Below are positions 1-13,123 of a stretch of DNA of 64,000 nt, one piece after another. Source of the DNA: Felis catus (lineage: Eukaryota); the NCBI RefSeq assembly GCF_018350175.1, contig NC_058368.1, positions 198,898,001-198,962,000 on the forward strand, in the 5' to 3' direction. The notes beneath the pieces were generated by a model. That model had not been told where the DNA came from, searched no databases, and saw nothing but the letters and a program-made list of their open reading frames with translations. The position numbers and the translations under genes are program-made. Each line of letters opens with the position of its first letter. Position 1 is the stretch's first letter.

Positions 1-209
1 ACTCAGTACTCATGTTACTGGATGTGTGATACCAGAATCCTGCGTATGTGTTTATCACACACATTGTATGTGCTTACTAAGTCACCTGATGGGTGGGGGC
101 TTTCAGTACGTCCAAATTAAGATTGTTCGCTCCTGGAGAACAGGGTTGTGATTCTTCTTCACTGTGTTTATAATAGTTGATAAACTGTTTTTATAAATTA
201 ACTTTTTTT

Positions 210-395
210 CTAGGCACTGTGCCAGACTCTTAACAAATATGATCTCATTTAATCCTGACAACACAATGAACTAGTTACTTTTATTACCTTCATTTTACGT
301 CCAAGAAAATTTCCTTAAGGAAAATTTTCAAGGTTATGCAGCAAGTAAGAGACAAAACTGAGATTTGAATCCATGTGGTTTGGCTTGGGTGCTTA
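210..395 (-). mobile_element. MIR SINE fragment
   Basis: taggcactgt...ctcatttaatcctgacaac...cattttac...gagatttgaatcc resembles the reverse complement of the MIR core; ends approximate. Confidence 0.7.
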
Positions 396-1100
396 CCTTC
401 TAAAGCAACTGTTTGATACAGCTGACTGCATGCCCCATAAATTCTTGGTGATTTTCACTGGCCATCTTCATTGTATCTGGAGAGAGCCATCCAACCTTGG
501 TCTTTGCTTCCAGTGGACTGAGTGCCAATTAAGTGTTGAATAGTACCGAATATTAAAACTCAGCTCAACATATTGGTGAAAAATCTAAAGAAACAAACTA
601 ATAATTTATTAGGAACTTGAAAACACTAATGCATCTAATTTTTATTTATGTATTTAATCCAGTAAAAAAAGAGGCCCTTCAACCTGGTCTGCTCTCATGA
701 GAGTGAATTGAAGAGCCAAATTTCTAATTGTAAAAGAGAACACATACCCACTTTAGGGAAAGAGGCATTGGACACCGAGGCTGTCACGAGACTTGGCATT
801 AGGAAAGCACTGTGAAATTAGATTACACGTCTCTAAAAGGTAAATTGCAAATAATTTAATTTTTGAGGACAGCTAGACATTTGGAATGATTCATCATTGT
901 TTACATAAACTACTATTGTGCCCCTAAAATAGCAATACTGGTTATTACTCACAGGTTAATGTTAGAATAAGTGTATTTTAATACAGATACGGAAAATGAC
1001 TAGTTCTTTTCTCAAAATGTTCAGTCCAGAACGCAGAGGTTGTTCTTGTTTAACCCAAGGAGCTAATGTTTGGTGCTTTGATTAAGAAATAGGTCATGTA

Positions 1101-1315
1101 GGGGAGCCTGGGTGGCTCAGTTGGTTGAGCATCCGACTTCGGCTTAGGTCGTGATCTTGCAGTCTGTGAGTTTGAGCCCCGCGTCGGGCTCTGTACTAAC
1201 AGCTCAAAGCCTGGAGCCTGCGTCGGGCTCTGTGTCTCCCTCTCTCTCTACCCCTTCCCCGCTCATGCTCTGTCTCTCTCTCTCTGTCAAAAATAAATAA
1301 ACATTAAAAAAAAAA
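1101..1315 (+). mobile_element. CAN-SINE (feline SINEC_Fc type)
   Basis: tRNA-like head ggggagcctgggtggctcag, (CT)n region, AATAAA and A tail; 17-bp TSD aagaaataggtcatgta at 1084-1100 and 1316-1332. Confidence 0.97.
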
Positions 1316-3764
1316 AAGAAATAGGTCATGTAGAACATAGAGGATGGAAGGAGGATAAGAACAGCTACCCCGTCTGCTGCAGATAAGTCAGGTTAGATGT
1401 GGCAGCTGGTACATGCTTATACGAAAATGGTAAAGGCAAAAATGAGCAAAATTAAAAAATGTTGTTCCCTCAAATAATGGGCCAGGCTTTGGTCATTGAC
1501 AGCATTCCTCAATTTTCTAATTTAAAATTCTGTTTTAGCATTTCACTTTTCTACTGTGGAGTAGATAGTGCATTTAGACTTATTGGCAGCCATAGTAGAC
1601 CACTTTTAACATAATCGATTTCCCTTTGGCAAATGCAAATACCACATTCTGCAGTTTAGTTAACCGGGCATCAGAGCCTCAGGGATTACACCTGAATTGC
1701 AAATTTCAAGGAAACTTAAGTAATTAATATACAAAGGAATCTCGCCATTTCACAATTGCCTTCAACCAGTTGAGACAAGATGAGATACGATTTCTTTGCA
1801 AAAACCTTCTAGAACCACAGCTTTCTTGCTTATTTTTTCGTGGCAAAATATTTGTTCGCATTGACTTTCAACAGTGATCCTGCTGTCTATAAATACCGTA
1901 TGACTCGTTTTCTTTTTCCACTCTCTCCTGTTTGCAGTTTAAAGTGCCACAAGCCCAAGGCACTCAAGTGAATTTTTTAAAATACCACAAACCAACTCCT
2001 ATGAAATGAATAGGAAGCAAGTAATAATAACAAAATGCATGTTAGTCACAAGTGAGGTCATCTTATGTATCCAGAAAGAAAATCTTCAGTTCATATCTGT
2101 GCCTTCCATAGCTCTGGCTAGGTTTACTGTCCTAAGAATAGAACTTTGCATCCGGTGGGAAGATACACCTGTCAGTAGAAGATTCTTCTGATAACACAGG
2201 TCAGGTGCTTATCACAACCCTCAAATGCCCAGTTCTTTTCCCTGAAATGGCATATTCATTGGTGGCTGTCTCCTCAGTTTTTAGGAACATGTGCTATTCC
2301 AAAAAGAATGATCTTATGGCTAAGGTAATATTTATTAGGTAGATTCTGATTTTTTGTATCTGCTGAATAGGACTCTTCTATCTGCTCTGCAATTATTTAT
2401 CAAGCATTTTCTATGTGCTAAGCAAAGTTGGAACAAGTTAGTAAACCTGAAAATTCAGCATAACTCTGTGACCAATAAAAAGTACAAGTAACTTATTTAG
2501 CATACGAAATTATATGCTTGCCTGATAAATGGCTATAATCTAGGAATTGAAGTTGTGTTTATTTAGCGTTTTCTTATGTTTTTGGAAATTATCCTGTCGA
2601 GCCCTCCCCTTATTGGTAGATGCTGAGATACCATGGGAAGATGGCATTTCTAATATTCTTGCCAAAGAGGGATATTAAGAAACAACAAGACCTACAGTAT
2701 GAAAACTTCTGTAAACATTTCTAAGAAAAAGTGCCAAGAAGTTTCACACTATCCTACTTTAGGGCAAGTAAAATATTCCTAGAAATGAATGACTCTTATG
2801 AGATGGCAGTTAGCTTAAAATATTCTGACTCTCATCCTGGTCAATTTGTTGTTGGGAAATGGCTTTCTTACTGATGTGACCAGAGTTTATAATTATCAAA
2901 ACAAAAAAAACCCGCCTGGAGTGCAGGATCTTTTTCACACTACCATGAGGAAAGAAAAAGTGTGATTATCACTTTGCATTGCTTTTATCCAAAAAGAACC
3001 ACATGTGATACGGTTCGTGGCACTTTCCAATTTTTAAATCCTTGTTCATGAAAATGTGATCATGATATATTAGAAATTTGCCTCAGGTTCTATATCAATT
3101 TAACATCTTGTGTTCAAGGTTCCAATTAATGTTAAGAAATTGAATTAAATCCTTTTTCCTTACAGAATCTCCTTCTTCATAAGCCATGGTGTTAGGTTTG
3201 CTGTTCTTGGCATGGGGAATGCTTTCAATACATGACTGTTGTTTGTTTTTTTCGCCCCGTTTGTCTCCCTATAACCATATCATATGTGTGTATTCAGCTA
3301 GCTGATAGAAGAAAACTTCAGGTGAAGGTGAACTTAAGTTTTCAGTTGCTATCCTCAATTTCCATTTGCTTCACAAAGAACTCTTTCATCCAAAGATCAT
3401 TTCCATTTAGTGGCAGAAAAGTGCTATCATGTTTTTCTGCAGATATCAAATCGGCCTGGAATTTAGCCTTTCTTTTCCCGTTATCTTTATTGGTTCTAAG
3501 TTTTTTTTTTTTTTAAGGGGGGGTGGGGTGGGGGGAGAAAGAAAAATCTACTTTAAAAAATATGTTTATGTAATATACACACATGCTACAAATTTGTGTG
3601 TATACTCTACCTTTTTCATGTTTGATATACCACTTTACGTTGAACCCTTCATGAAATGTTGGTTCATTTGTCAACTTCCTTCATACATACATATAAAAAG
3701 AGTTTTTCCTTCTTAAATGGACTTTTCAAAAGGCTCTAGATTTAATGTTACACTTGACTGAGTA

Positions 3765-4074
3765 CAATTCACCCTTGAACGACATGGATTTGAACTGCAC
3801 GAGTCCAGTAATAGGTGGACTTTTTCGATCCAGTACTATGTATTATCCTTATGATTTTCTTAACATTTTCTTTTCTCTGGCCTACTTTGTTTTAAGAATA
3901 CAGTGTACAATGCATATAACATAGAAAATATGTGTTAATTAACTGTTATCAGTAAGACTTCTGGTCGACAGTAGTCTGTTAGAAGTTATGTTTTGGGGGA
4001 GTCAGAAGTTACAGATTTTTCAACTAGGCGGGGGGGTTAGTGTCCCTAACCCTGCGTGGTTTAAAGATCAACTA
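3765..4074 (+). mobile_element. Tigger2a-like TcMar DNA transposon (non-autonomous)
   Basis: Imperfect terminal inverted repeats caattcacccttgaac ... gtttaaagatcaacta, flanked by TA on both sides; internal sequence resembles recalled Tigger2a consensus. Confidence 0.85.
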
Positions 4075-4213
4075 TATTTATATTTGCTGTAGATATAAAT
4101 ATGTATGTGTTTATAAATATATATTTATTTTTTTTCTTGAAACTTCAAACTGTATCCAGATTCTAAGAAATGGAATATTATTGTTGGCTATTCACATTAA
4201 ATATGAGTAACCA

Positions 4214-4462
4214 GGGGCACCTGGGTGGCTCAGTCGGTTGTGGCCGACTTCAGCTCAGGTCATGATCTCGCGGTCCGTGAGTTCGAGCCCCGCATCGGGC
4301 TCTGTGCTGACAGCTCAGAGCCTGGAGCCTGTTTCAGATTCTGTGTCTCCCTCTCTCTGACCCTCTGTGTCTCCCTCTCTCTGACCCCCCACCATCTCTC
4401 TGACCCTCCCCCGTTCATGCTGTCTCTCTCTGTCTCAAAAATAAATAACCGTTAAAAAAAAA
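4214..4462 (+). mobile_element. CAN-SINE (SINEC_Fc type) with internal tandem duplication
   Basis: Typical head and tail; TSD gagtaacca at 4205-4213 and 4463-4471. Confidence 0.96.
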
Positions 4463-4821
4463 GAGTAACCATATATTGTTCAGAACTGGGAAAATAGAGT
4501 TACATGTTTCAATGAGCATAACTACATTCTTTTTGAATGTATTTGACTATAACCCCTCAACACATTATTTGTTAATGTATTTGAATATAACCCATAGACT
4601 GACTTAGGAATTCTTATTATACACATTATTTTATTCATGGAGACATAATTGTAGCAGATATTTTTAAAACTTAACATTTTAATGTCTTATAGAAGTCAAA
4701 GTAATAAACTCTGGGTACATCCGACTTTACACTCCATGGTAGTCCTGCATTACTTTTTCTTCATCTATCTATAAAGGCACCATGACCTTCTTAAAGCATG
4801 ATATTACATATTTCCCATTGA

Positions 4822-5340
4822 TTTTTGTTTCAAAATAATTACAGGTTAGAGGAAATTACAAAGATAGTACAGAGGGGTGCCTGGGTGGCTCAGTCAGTTG
4901 GGTGTCCGACTTCAGCTCAGGTCACGATCTCGCGGTCCGTGAGTTCGAGCCCCGCGTCGGGCTCTGAACTGATGGCTCAGAGCCTGGAGCCTGCTTTCGA
5001 TTCTGTGTCTCCCTCTCTCTCTGCCCCTCCCCCGTTCATGCTCTGTCTCTCTCTGTCTCAAAAATAAACATTAATAAAATAATTAAAAAAAAAGATAGTA
5101 CAGAGAGGTTCTCTGTACCCCCTCACCAAGTTTTCCCTGATGGTTACATTTTATAAAATTATAGTACAGTAGCAAAATTAAGAAGTTGACATTAGTATTA
5201 TATGTGTATATATTTTTGTCATTTTTTTTCACATGTGTAGATTTTTGTAACCACCACCTCAATCAAGATGCAGAACTGTTTCATCACCACTAAGATCACC
5301 CTCGTGCTGCCCCTTTATAAGGTCACCCCCAATTTCTCAT
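4822..5340 (-). mobile_element. Old L1 (L1M-type) 3' end, interrupted by a SINE
   Basis: tttcaaaataattacaggttagaggaaattacaaagatagtacaga|gaggttctctgtacccc...tgtaaccaccacctcaatcaagatgcagaac is typical antisense L1M 3' UTR. Confidence 0.75.
4874..5090 (+). mobile_element. CAN-SINE (SINEC_Fc type)
   Basis: Full head and tail; 14-bp TSD aaagatagtacaga at 4860-4873 and 5091-5104. Confidence 0.97.
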
Positions 5341-5344
5341 CATT

Positions 5345-6880
5345 GATGTGTTAGGGATTTAAGTATGCTATTTCAGAATTTCTTTCCTATTTTATCCCTC
5401 CATTGAAATCTCACTGTTTTGTTTTTCCTGCTTCTTGTGGGTTATTTGAACATTATTTACAATTCCATTTTGATTTATCTGTAGTGTGTTTAAGTGTGTC
5501 TATTTGTTTAGCTTTTTTAGTGGTTACTTTAAGTGTTATGTTCTGCCTCCATAACCCATCACAGTCTGCTGGTGTCAGCATTTTATAAATTTGAGTCAAC
5601 TGAAGATACTATCTTCCCATATGTCCCTTTACCCTCCCCAGTTATAATTATCTTAACTATTTTGTCTAATTTTTTTCTGTTGTTCAAACTGAATAATTCC
5701 TATTGTTAACTCTGCAGATTCTCTTAGTTTTCCTTCATTCGAGACTGTCTTGATTTCCCCTTCATTTCTAAAGGATAGTTTGACTAGATGGAGGATTCTG
5801 GCTTAATAGATCTTTTCTTTAAGCACTTGAAAATGTACCACTTCTGGCCTCCATGGTTTCTGGTGAGAAATCAGCGGCCCTTTACCTTTTATTTTGCTCC
5901 ATTAGTAGAGACCTCATTTCTCTCACTGCTTTCAACCTTTCTCTTCATTTTTCAAAAGTTTAATTATGATGTGTCTCTTTGTGTTTATCAACTATTTGGG
6001 GGTTCTCTCAGCTTCTTGAATCTGTAAGTTTGGCTTTTGCCAGATTAGGAAATGTTCAGCCATTGCTTCTTCATCCTCTTCTTTCCGTCCAAAATTCCAG
6101 TGAGACAAATGAGATCTCTTGTTACTGTCTCACAGGACTCTGGGATTCTGTTCATTGTTGTCACCTGTTTTCTCTGTTTTCAGACTGACAGATTTCTGTT
6201 GTTCTGTCTTTGAGTTTACTTATTCTTTCCTCTGGTTTCTTCATTCTGCTACTGAGTCTACTGATGGCGTTTTTTACTTCGCTTACTGTACTTTTCAGAT
6301 CTAAAATTTATGCTTGGTCCTTCTGTCTTGTGTTCAATGATAATTTCTATTTTTTCATTTCTTTCAAGCATCTTCATAGTTGCTCATTAATGTGTTTTCA
6401 TAATAGCAGACTTAAAATACCTATCAGGTAATTCTAGTTAACCTCTGTATCATCTTGGTGTTAGAGACACCATTCCAGTTGATATTTTCCTGGTTCTTGG
6501 TAGGATCTTTGACGTTTTAACTATTATCTTGCAAGACTCTGGATTTTATTTAAGTCTGTGTAGTAGACTTCCTCTGATAATGTCCTCCCTCTTCATTGTG
6601 GATGTGATTGGAAATCCGAATTCCCTAGTAGGTTTTCATTGACACCTGGAGGGTAGGAATGTATCATTATTGCATGGCAGGGGTAGAAGTTCGGGCTTCT
6701 CAGGAGACCTCTGCTGATACCGCCCCTTCCCGCCCCCCCCCCCCTGCTGGGAGAGGTAGGGGTTGCTTCTTACTGCTCAGTATGCAGAACCCCCCCAACA
6801 CCACAGGGGGTTGGCCTCAGGGCTGGGTGGTGATGGACGTCCAGATTCCCCATGTAGTCTCTATTGGCCTGCTTGAAAGA
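5345..6880 (-). mobile_element. Degraded old L1 (L1M-type) internal/5' fragments
   Basis: T-rich antisense L1 signature, e.g. ttcatttctaaaggatagtttgactagat...cacttgaaaatgtaccacttctggcctccatggtttctggtgagaaatcagc; boundaries approximate. Confidence 0.6.
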
Positions 6881-9697
6881 GAAGGCACCACAGATTTTTT
6901 TTAAAGACTGATTTTAGTATTTTAGATGGATGATACCAACTAACTTGAATAATTCCAATGTGTACTTTAGATTTTGTTGTTGTTGTTATGTTTCTTTTAG
7001 ATCTAAAGATCAGTATATATTTAGTTTTGTCAGACTAGTGTTAACAAAGCTTAAAGCTTACATTTCTGACTGGTGTTGGAGCATCACATTTGAGAACTGC
7101 TAATTTGCTTTTCAGATGTGAGAAGAAGAGAATAATTGCAAAGTGTGCTGTAGATGAGAGAGTTTAATGCTTTTCTAGGTATTTGTGGAAAACAGTGAAA
7201 TTATAAGTATTTTTTTTAAAGGAGGTACACAGCGCTTCAATTCTTGGCTCTTCAATTCATAACAGTCTAATTGGAAGTATTAGTTTTTGTTCTAGATTTA
7301 TGACAGATTTCGTGTATCTGTGTATATAAAGACTATGTTGGCATGAGCTTTGGAATGTCCTAATATTCACATCTTTTTCATATTTTGGTGACAGATTATT
7401 TGTATTTCTGGAATTATGTGTATATGTGATATCTGAGTTTGAAATTTAAGAATTTATAGTCTTGTAGATGTAAGTAGCATAGTGGTTTTATAGCCCCACT
7501 ACACTCAACAGTTGTTCAACATGATATTGAGGGCCTATTAAGAAATCTTCACCCCAAATAGTAGATTGTAGGTACAGCACTCTGCAGATTTACTAAGCAG
7601 TTCTTCTTGTTGTTCCAACGATTCTCAGGTCAATTGCTAAGATAAATCTTTCAGAGAAACAAGGAATACCAGGGAATTACTTTAGCCTTATCTCTAAGCA
7701 AATGCAAGTCTGCTTAAAGGATAACTTATTTTACATACCTTTCACACCCATGGATGTAGTCATAAGTAAAATCACTTGTTAAATGTAAAATCATTGTTAG
7801 GTGGCAAATTTACGTATTTCTCCATGGGATTATAGCTTAAACAAATAAAAATGTTTATCCTGTAAGGGAGTTTCAGAATGTGTTGTATAGTTTATAGTCA
7901 TAAATTAATTTTTAAAATGAAGTTGATGTATACATTTACCATTAACTTTAGTAGTGAAAATGGCAGAAGTGTTTCATTGACCAAAAACTGTTAAAAGAAT
8001 GCACTAGTACCAAAATAGTAAAGAATCTGATCTCATTCCTTAGTTTAGCCTATGTACTTTATCTTACAAGTGTGTAAATCCTAGAAAAAAAGAAGATGGG
8101 GGAACTAGAATGGATTGATCACCCTGGGTGTTTAGTTCTGTTTTTTTAAGAAAAGAGAGAAACTTTCTTACCATGTTTGTTGCCTCTCTTCGCCAACTTA
8201 GGGCTAGACTTTACGGTTTGTTTAGCTGTGAAGGGATGACAGACTTGGGGGAGGGGGAGGGGGCTTAGTTTTGGAATGTAAATACATGTAGAGCTTGCCT
8301 CCTTTTGTTTAGCATCTCTTTAAACTAAGACAAAAAAAATCAGTGAATGAATGAATAGCAGCATGGTGAAATACCTAAATGTTTGAGTTAAAATTTTTGG
8401 ATGTTTGAAATCCTATTTGGATCCTTTTCCCAGATCACGGTGCATTCATATGCACTCAGCAGGAAACTTCATGGAGATGCACATTTGGGCAGAAGGTCTT
8501 TGACGGTGCCTTTTTCTTAACTTGTGCCTTTTCTTCTTTAGAAAAAAGTAATGGCTTAAGTCTGACTGAAGAACAATCTTTTTTGTACGTTCCTTATAAG
8601 AATTTACTTATGGTTCACAGATCTTACCCACCATCTATGTCTGCAATCCTTGGATTTAAAATAGCACATATCCTACTGCAGACCACAGGAAACGCCAAAT
8701 TAAAGACTTAAATGACACACTGCTGAAAAAGACAAAAGATGACAAATTATAAATCAGTCCGTTAAACCTCTAAAGTGAAACTCACAGGGGAAAAATGTGC
8801 GTTTGAGCCATGTATATATCTATAATGTCTTTTTTAAAGGTCTTAGCATTTTGGTGCTCAGGCAACAGGTAAACTTAGTGTTACAGTTGGGTTTGAATCC
8901 AGATTTTAAAAACACAGTGGTGAACAGGGCAAATACGCTTCTTCAGTAGGTAACGCGCCTAGTTATTCTGTGGATATTTGAGCATTTATAAATTCTGTCC
9001 AGTTTATGAATATTTGCATCCTTTTCTCATTTTGGAATTACTCTGAGCCTTACGTTCATTTATAGTATCGTCTAGGTGATGTGGTGGTTTATTAATTTTC
9101 CTCCTCAGGTTTGTCTTGCCATACTCAAGCCCATTCCAATTTTCTTGACTTGTAAGGAAGTAAGAGAGTGTCTTTTGTCTCTTGCTTAAGTTCTGGGGAA
9201 GGGAGCGAGAACAAGAGGCTCCGGGGGTTAATGGAAGGGTTAGAGAACAGATGGAATGGGAAGGAAAAGGAGGCCTTTTAAAAACTAGTTTTCAAAAGAC
9301 CCCAGTTACTGCTTCTGGCTCATTTTTCCAAGCTTCCCTTTGGGAGGGTTTCTTTCACAAAGGCACCGAGTCCCCCTTAAACTCCGAGAGAACGTGCTCC
9401 TTCTGGGTGGTAGTGTGAGAATGTCACCGTGGGCTGGTGACATTGCAGCTGGTCGTGAAGCTATAATAATAATAATAGCAGAGGGAGTCCTGGCACCCCT
9501 GCTCCTGACAATTCTGAGGAGCATCGCTTGGTGTCCTGGAGGTGAGACAACTCCTTTGCCGGAAGGAGAGCCTTGCAGACGTGAACCAAGCTGAAAACAC
9601 TGAGGCACACTCATATCTCACTTGATTTCAGTTCTTTTTAAGTTCGTTGAAAAAAAGAAAAAAAAAACGTGGGGTGCACAAGCTTGCACATGAGTGA

Positions 9698-9698
9698 G

Positions 9699-9745
<47 letters not shown>
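9698..9745. repeat. (GC)n(CA)n microsatellite
   Basis: gcgcgcgcgc followed by a long (ca)n run. Confidence 0.95.
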
Positions 9746-9746
<1 letters not shown>

Positions 9747-10205
9747 ATTTTGGGAAAATAGGTCAAGCCTTAGCTCTCTCTCGTGCCCAAGGGTGTGATT
9801 CTAAGGCCAAACGCCTTCTTGAAAATTCTGTGCACGTTACCCTCTTTACTGGTGTGATGTTGTTTCAGTTCCAACAGAGCAAGAGGCAACACAGGGCAGT
9901 AGGGACAAAGACAGATCAAATCAAATGCTGGAATTTAGGGCAGAAGTAGAGGGACATGACAGGACTGAGTGCTGGCAAGTTCACTTTCTTTGCTGCCATC
10001 TTCTTTTTTCTTTCGTCTGTGGTCTTGGGAAGGGTTGGTTCTTCCAACCAGAAAATAGCTCTTCCTTCTGAATAATTTGTTTCAAACAGAGGAGGGAAAG
10101 GTAGGTGGCAATAAATGCAAAATTTTATGGAATATATTTTGAGAACAATTTTAAGAGATACTAAAAGACATTTGACTCACCAAACAGTAGGGAGAAAATA
10201 ATCTA

Positions 10206-10420
10206 AAATTTTTTTAATGTTTTTATTTATTTTTGAGAGAGAGAGAGACAAAGCATGAGCAGGGGAGGGGCAGAGAGAGAGAGAGACACAGAATCCGAAG
10301 CAGGCTCCAGGCTCCGAGCTGTCAGCACAGAGCCCGACGTGGGGCTCGGACTCATGGACTGTGAGATCATGACCTGAGCTGAAGTCGGACGCTTAACCGA
10401 CTGAGCCACCCAGGCACCCC
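10206..10420 (-). mobile_element. CAN-SINE (SINEC_Fc type)
   Basis: Reverse-complement head ctgagccacccaggcacccc; direct repeat ggagaaaataatcta at 10191-10205 and 10422-10436. Confidence 0.96.
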
Positions 10421-10441
10421 AGGAGAAAATAATCTAGGTGA

Positions 10442-10672
10442 GGGGCACCTGGGTGGCTCAGACGGTCGAGTGTCCAACTTCGGCTCAGGTCCTGACCTCA
10501 CTGTTTGTGGGTTCGAACCCCACATTGGGCTGTCTGCTGTCAGCTCAGAGCCTGGAGCCTGCTTTGGATTCCACGTATCTCCTCTCTCTGTGCCCTTCCC
10601 CCACTTGTGCGCGCGCGCTCGCTCTCTCGCTCTCTCTCAAAAAATAAAAATAAATAAATAAACGAACATTAA
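10442..10672 (+). mobile_element. CAN-SINE
   Basis: ggggcacctgggtggctcag head, CT-rich body, (TAAA)n tail; aaaataatct at 10426-10435 and 10673-10682. Confidence 0.95.
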
Positions 10673-10888
10673 AAAATAATCTGTATGGAAAGTGTAAGTT
10701 ACGTAAAAAATAATGACATGAGGAAATGAGAGTGCAGTTGAGTGAGATCTGTAGTGTGCTGTGACCAGCTTCGCAGCCGCAGCAAGTGAAAGCGGTCTGA
10801 CGATGTAGAGCCCCGATTTTACTGTCTGCGCAGCCCTTCGGGAGATTAATTGATGTGGGAAGGGGAGCTGGTGTTAAAGGATAGGCCA

Positions 10889-11060
10889 CAGAACAGCTGC
10901 ATAATTTGCTGGCCACGGCAATGTGAAAATGTGGGCCCTCTTTTTCGGAAATTAAGAAGGTCAGGACAGCAGCAGCAATCCTTAAACCAAGCGCGAGACC
11001 CTTCTCAGTGCAGGCTCTATGCCACTGCACAGGTGACATACCCATGAAGCTGGACAGTCC
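10889..11060 (-). mobile_element. MER45A-like hAT (Tip100) element
   Basis: gctgcataatttgc...aaaatgtgggccc...ttaaaccaagcgcgagacccttct...actgcacaggt...cccatgaagctgg matches the reverse complement of recalled MER45A. Confidence 0.8.
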
Positions 11061-11595
11061 TATGCTTGTCCCTTGACTTAGGCACCCTATCCTGTCATCC
11101 ACCGACTGCTTATTATATACTTGGAAGCAGCTCGATGAAAACAAGATCGATGTGTTATACACACTCATGCACACACACACACGGCTTTTTTTCCTAATAC
11201 ACATAATTCTCTAAATTAGTAAAATAAAGATTTTGGTCCAAGTTGAAGGAAAACTAGTATGTTGTAACCACTGGAAAATTTTACCATGTCAATTGTGAAA
11301 TGATTAATGCAACATTATTAAAAATTCTCCCAACTCTAAAATTCTGTGATTCTAGCGTACATAACCATTTATATGAAGATATAATTTAAAATCGTAGCTA
11401 ATGTTTAGTTTTAATAAAATGTACAAATAAAATAATTTAATAAAATAGTAACTCATGGATGTAAGGGAGATATTGAAAACATTTAGTATTAGAAAAAACT
11501 TTTCGATTTTATGGCTTATATGTTTGTAATTTGGAAAATGAAGATAAAATGGGTTAGCTTTCTATAATCAAGTTTTCAGAACTAATAGAAATGCC

Positions 11596-11704
11596 TTTTT
11601 TTTTTTAAGATTTTAAGTAATCTCTACATCCAAAGTGGGGCTCGAACTCACAGCCCCAAGATCAAGAGTCACATGCTTTAATGACTGAGCCAGCCAGGCG
11701 CCCC
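11596..11704 (-). mobile_element. Short CAN-SINE (old short tRNA-derived form)
   Basis: taagtaatctctac...caagatcaagagtc...gactgagccagccaggcgcccc; TSD actaatagaaatg at 11581-11593 and 11705-11717. Confidence 0.92.
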
Positions 11705-11745
11705 ACTAATAGAAATGTCCTAAAACTGAATAAAAGAAAGTAATA

Positions 11746-11941
11746 AAAAGAAAAATGTTAGCTTTGGTTATTAGTTTTTTTTAACTTACAACTGGGGTCA
11801 GTGCCACCAGTGAGTGTTAATGCAAGTCTTCAACTGTTCAAAAGAAAAATGTTAGCTTTTATTATTATTATTCTTTTCACCTATAGCCTGGGGTTAATGC
11901 CACCAAGTGGGTGTTAAATTAATGCGTGTCCTCAACCATTC
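11746..11941 (+). repeat. Diverged two-unit tandem duplication (~95-100 bp unit)
   Basis: Both units begin aaaagaaaaatgttagcttt and share ctggggt-a-tgccacca-gtg-gtgttaa...gtc-tcaac--ttc. Confidence 0.85.
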
Positions 11942-12907
11942 GAGGCGAGACTTAAATTTTACTGTCCTTAGAGATATAAAGGAGAATGACCAAGTGAGTC
12001 AATGAGCTGAAATCAGAGCAGGAGAGAGTACAGCTGGATGTTTACAAGCATGGAGCCTATGAAACAATAAAATACCATAAGGTGTATGGACAAAGTGTGG
12101 AATCGTTGTTTCTGGATGACTTCAATAATATGTACAAGGATGGACAATATCTTCTCTTGTTTATTTTCCAGAGCTCTGATTTGCACTGAAACATTACAAG
12201 GATGTAAAAAGATTTTGTAATGTATGTGTGTCATTTTAGGCACACATATAAATCCATGTATTGAAAATAAGTGGTTATTTTTATATAAAAAGATGGTATT
12301 TTGTTAATAACCCTCTAGAAATGCTACTTTAAAATTACGGTATCTGGTCTAGTCTCTACCTGCTCGTTCAAGGCCACAGCAAAGTCAGTTTGCCACTCTC
12401 ACCCCCACTGCCTTTGGTAGGGTGACCGTTCGGGCTTCTGTTCCCTGATTTCTCTAGTTGGGCAAGTCTGTACCTTAGGTTGTCTTAGGCGAAATGGTTT
12501 CTTAGAAATGAAGTTGAAAATGGAGCTCCTGGGATTTCTCACTCCAACTGCCTTTCTAATCACCACATCCAGTTTCTCCCACTCATGAAGAATAATATTT
12601 CCAAAAATTACACTTTTTTTGTTATTTAAAAAAAAAACCACAAAACTCTTTTCTGACAACAAGAGAAATGTGCTCATTTTTAAAAATACACTCCTTACAG
12701 AGAAAGGGCATATAGGAAATGTAAGTTCTCCATGATCTAACTTCCTTGAGATAATAATGATGAGGTTTGGTGAAACATTTTATAACCAATAAAGCAACAA
12801 TTTAAGAACTCCGGGATATTGAATTCACAGTTTATATTTCTTTAGATTGACTATCTTCTAGGACAACTTCTGACAAGACCACTGTTCTTTAAGATAATGG
12901 AGACCTC

Positions 12908-13123
12908 GGGGCGCCTGGGTGGCGCAGTCAGTTAAGCGTCCGACTTCAGCCGGGTCACGATCTCGCGGTCCGTGAGTTCGAGCCCCGCGTCGGGCTCTGG
13001 GCTGATGGCTCAGAGCCTGGAGCCTGTTTCCGATTCTGTGTCTCCCTCTCTCTCTGCCCCTCCCCCGTTCATGCTCTGTCTCTCTCTGTCCCAAAAATAA
13101 ATAAACGTTGAAAAAAAAAAAAA
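12908..13123 (+). mobile_element. Young CAN-SINE (SINEC_Fc)
   Basis: CpG-rich near-consensus copy with pure A tail; 16-bp TSD aagataatggagacct at 12891-12906 and 13124-13139. Confidence 0.98.

Noticed and set aside
4225..5067. Recurrent MAQSV... ORFs here and at other SINEs; tRNA-like A/B boxes
   Set aside because: These are CAN-SINE heads derived from tRNA, not genes or functional tRNAs
9109..9151. Possible micro-exon (ttttcctcctcag ... gtaagg)
   Set aside because: Splice-like motifs occur by chance at this frequency; no coding evidence
10545..11204. Longest ORF (219 aa, minus strand)
   Set aside because: Runs through a SINE, a MER45A-like element and a (CA)n tract; no recognisable domain
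12418..12478. tagggtgacc, resembling a hAT-Blackjack (MER81/MER94) terminus
   Set aside because: Second terminus too degenerate to call
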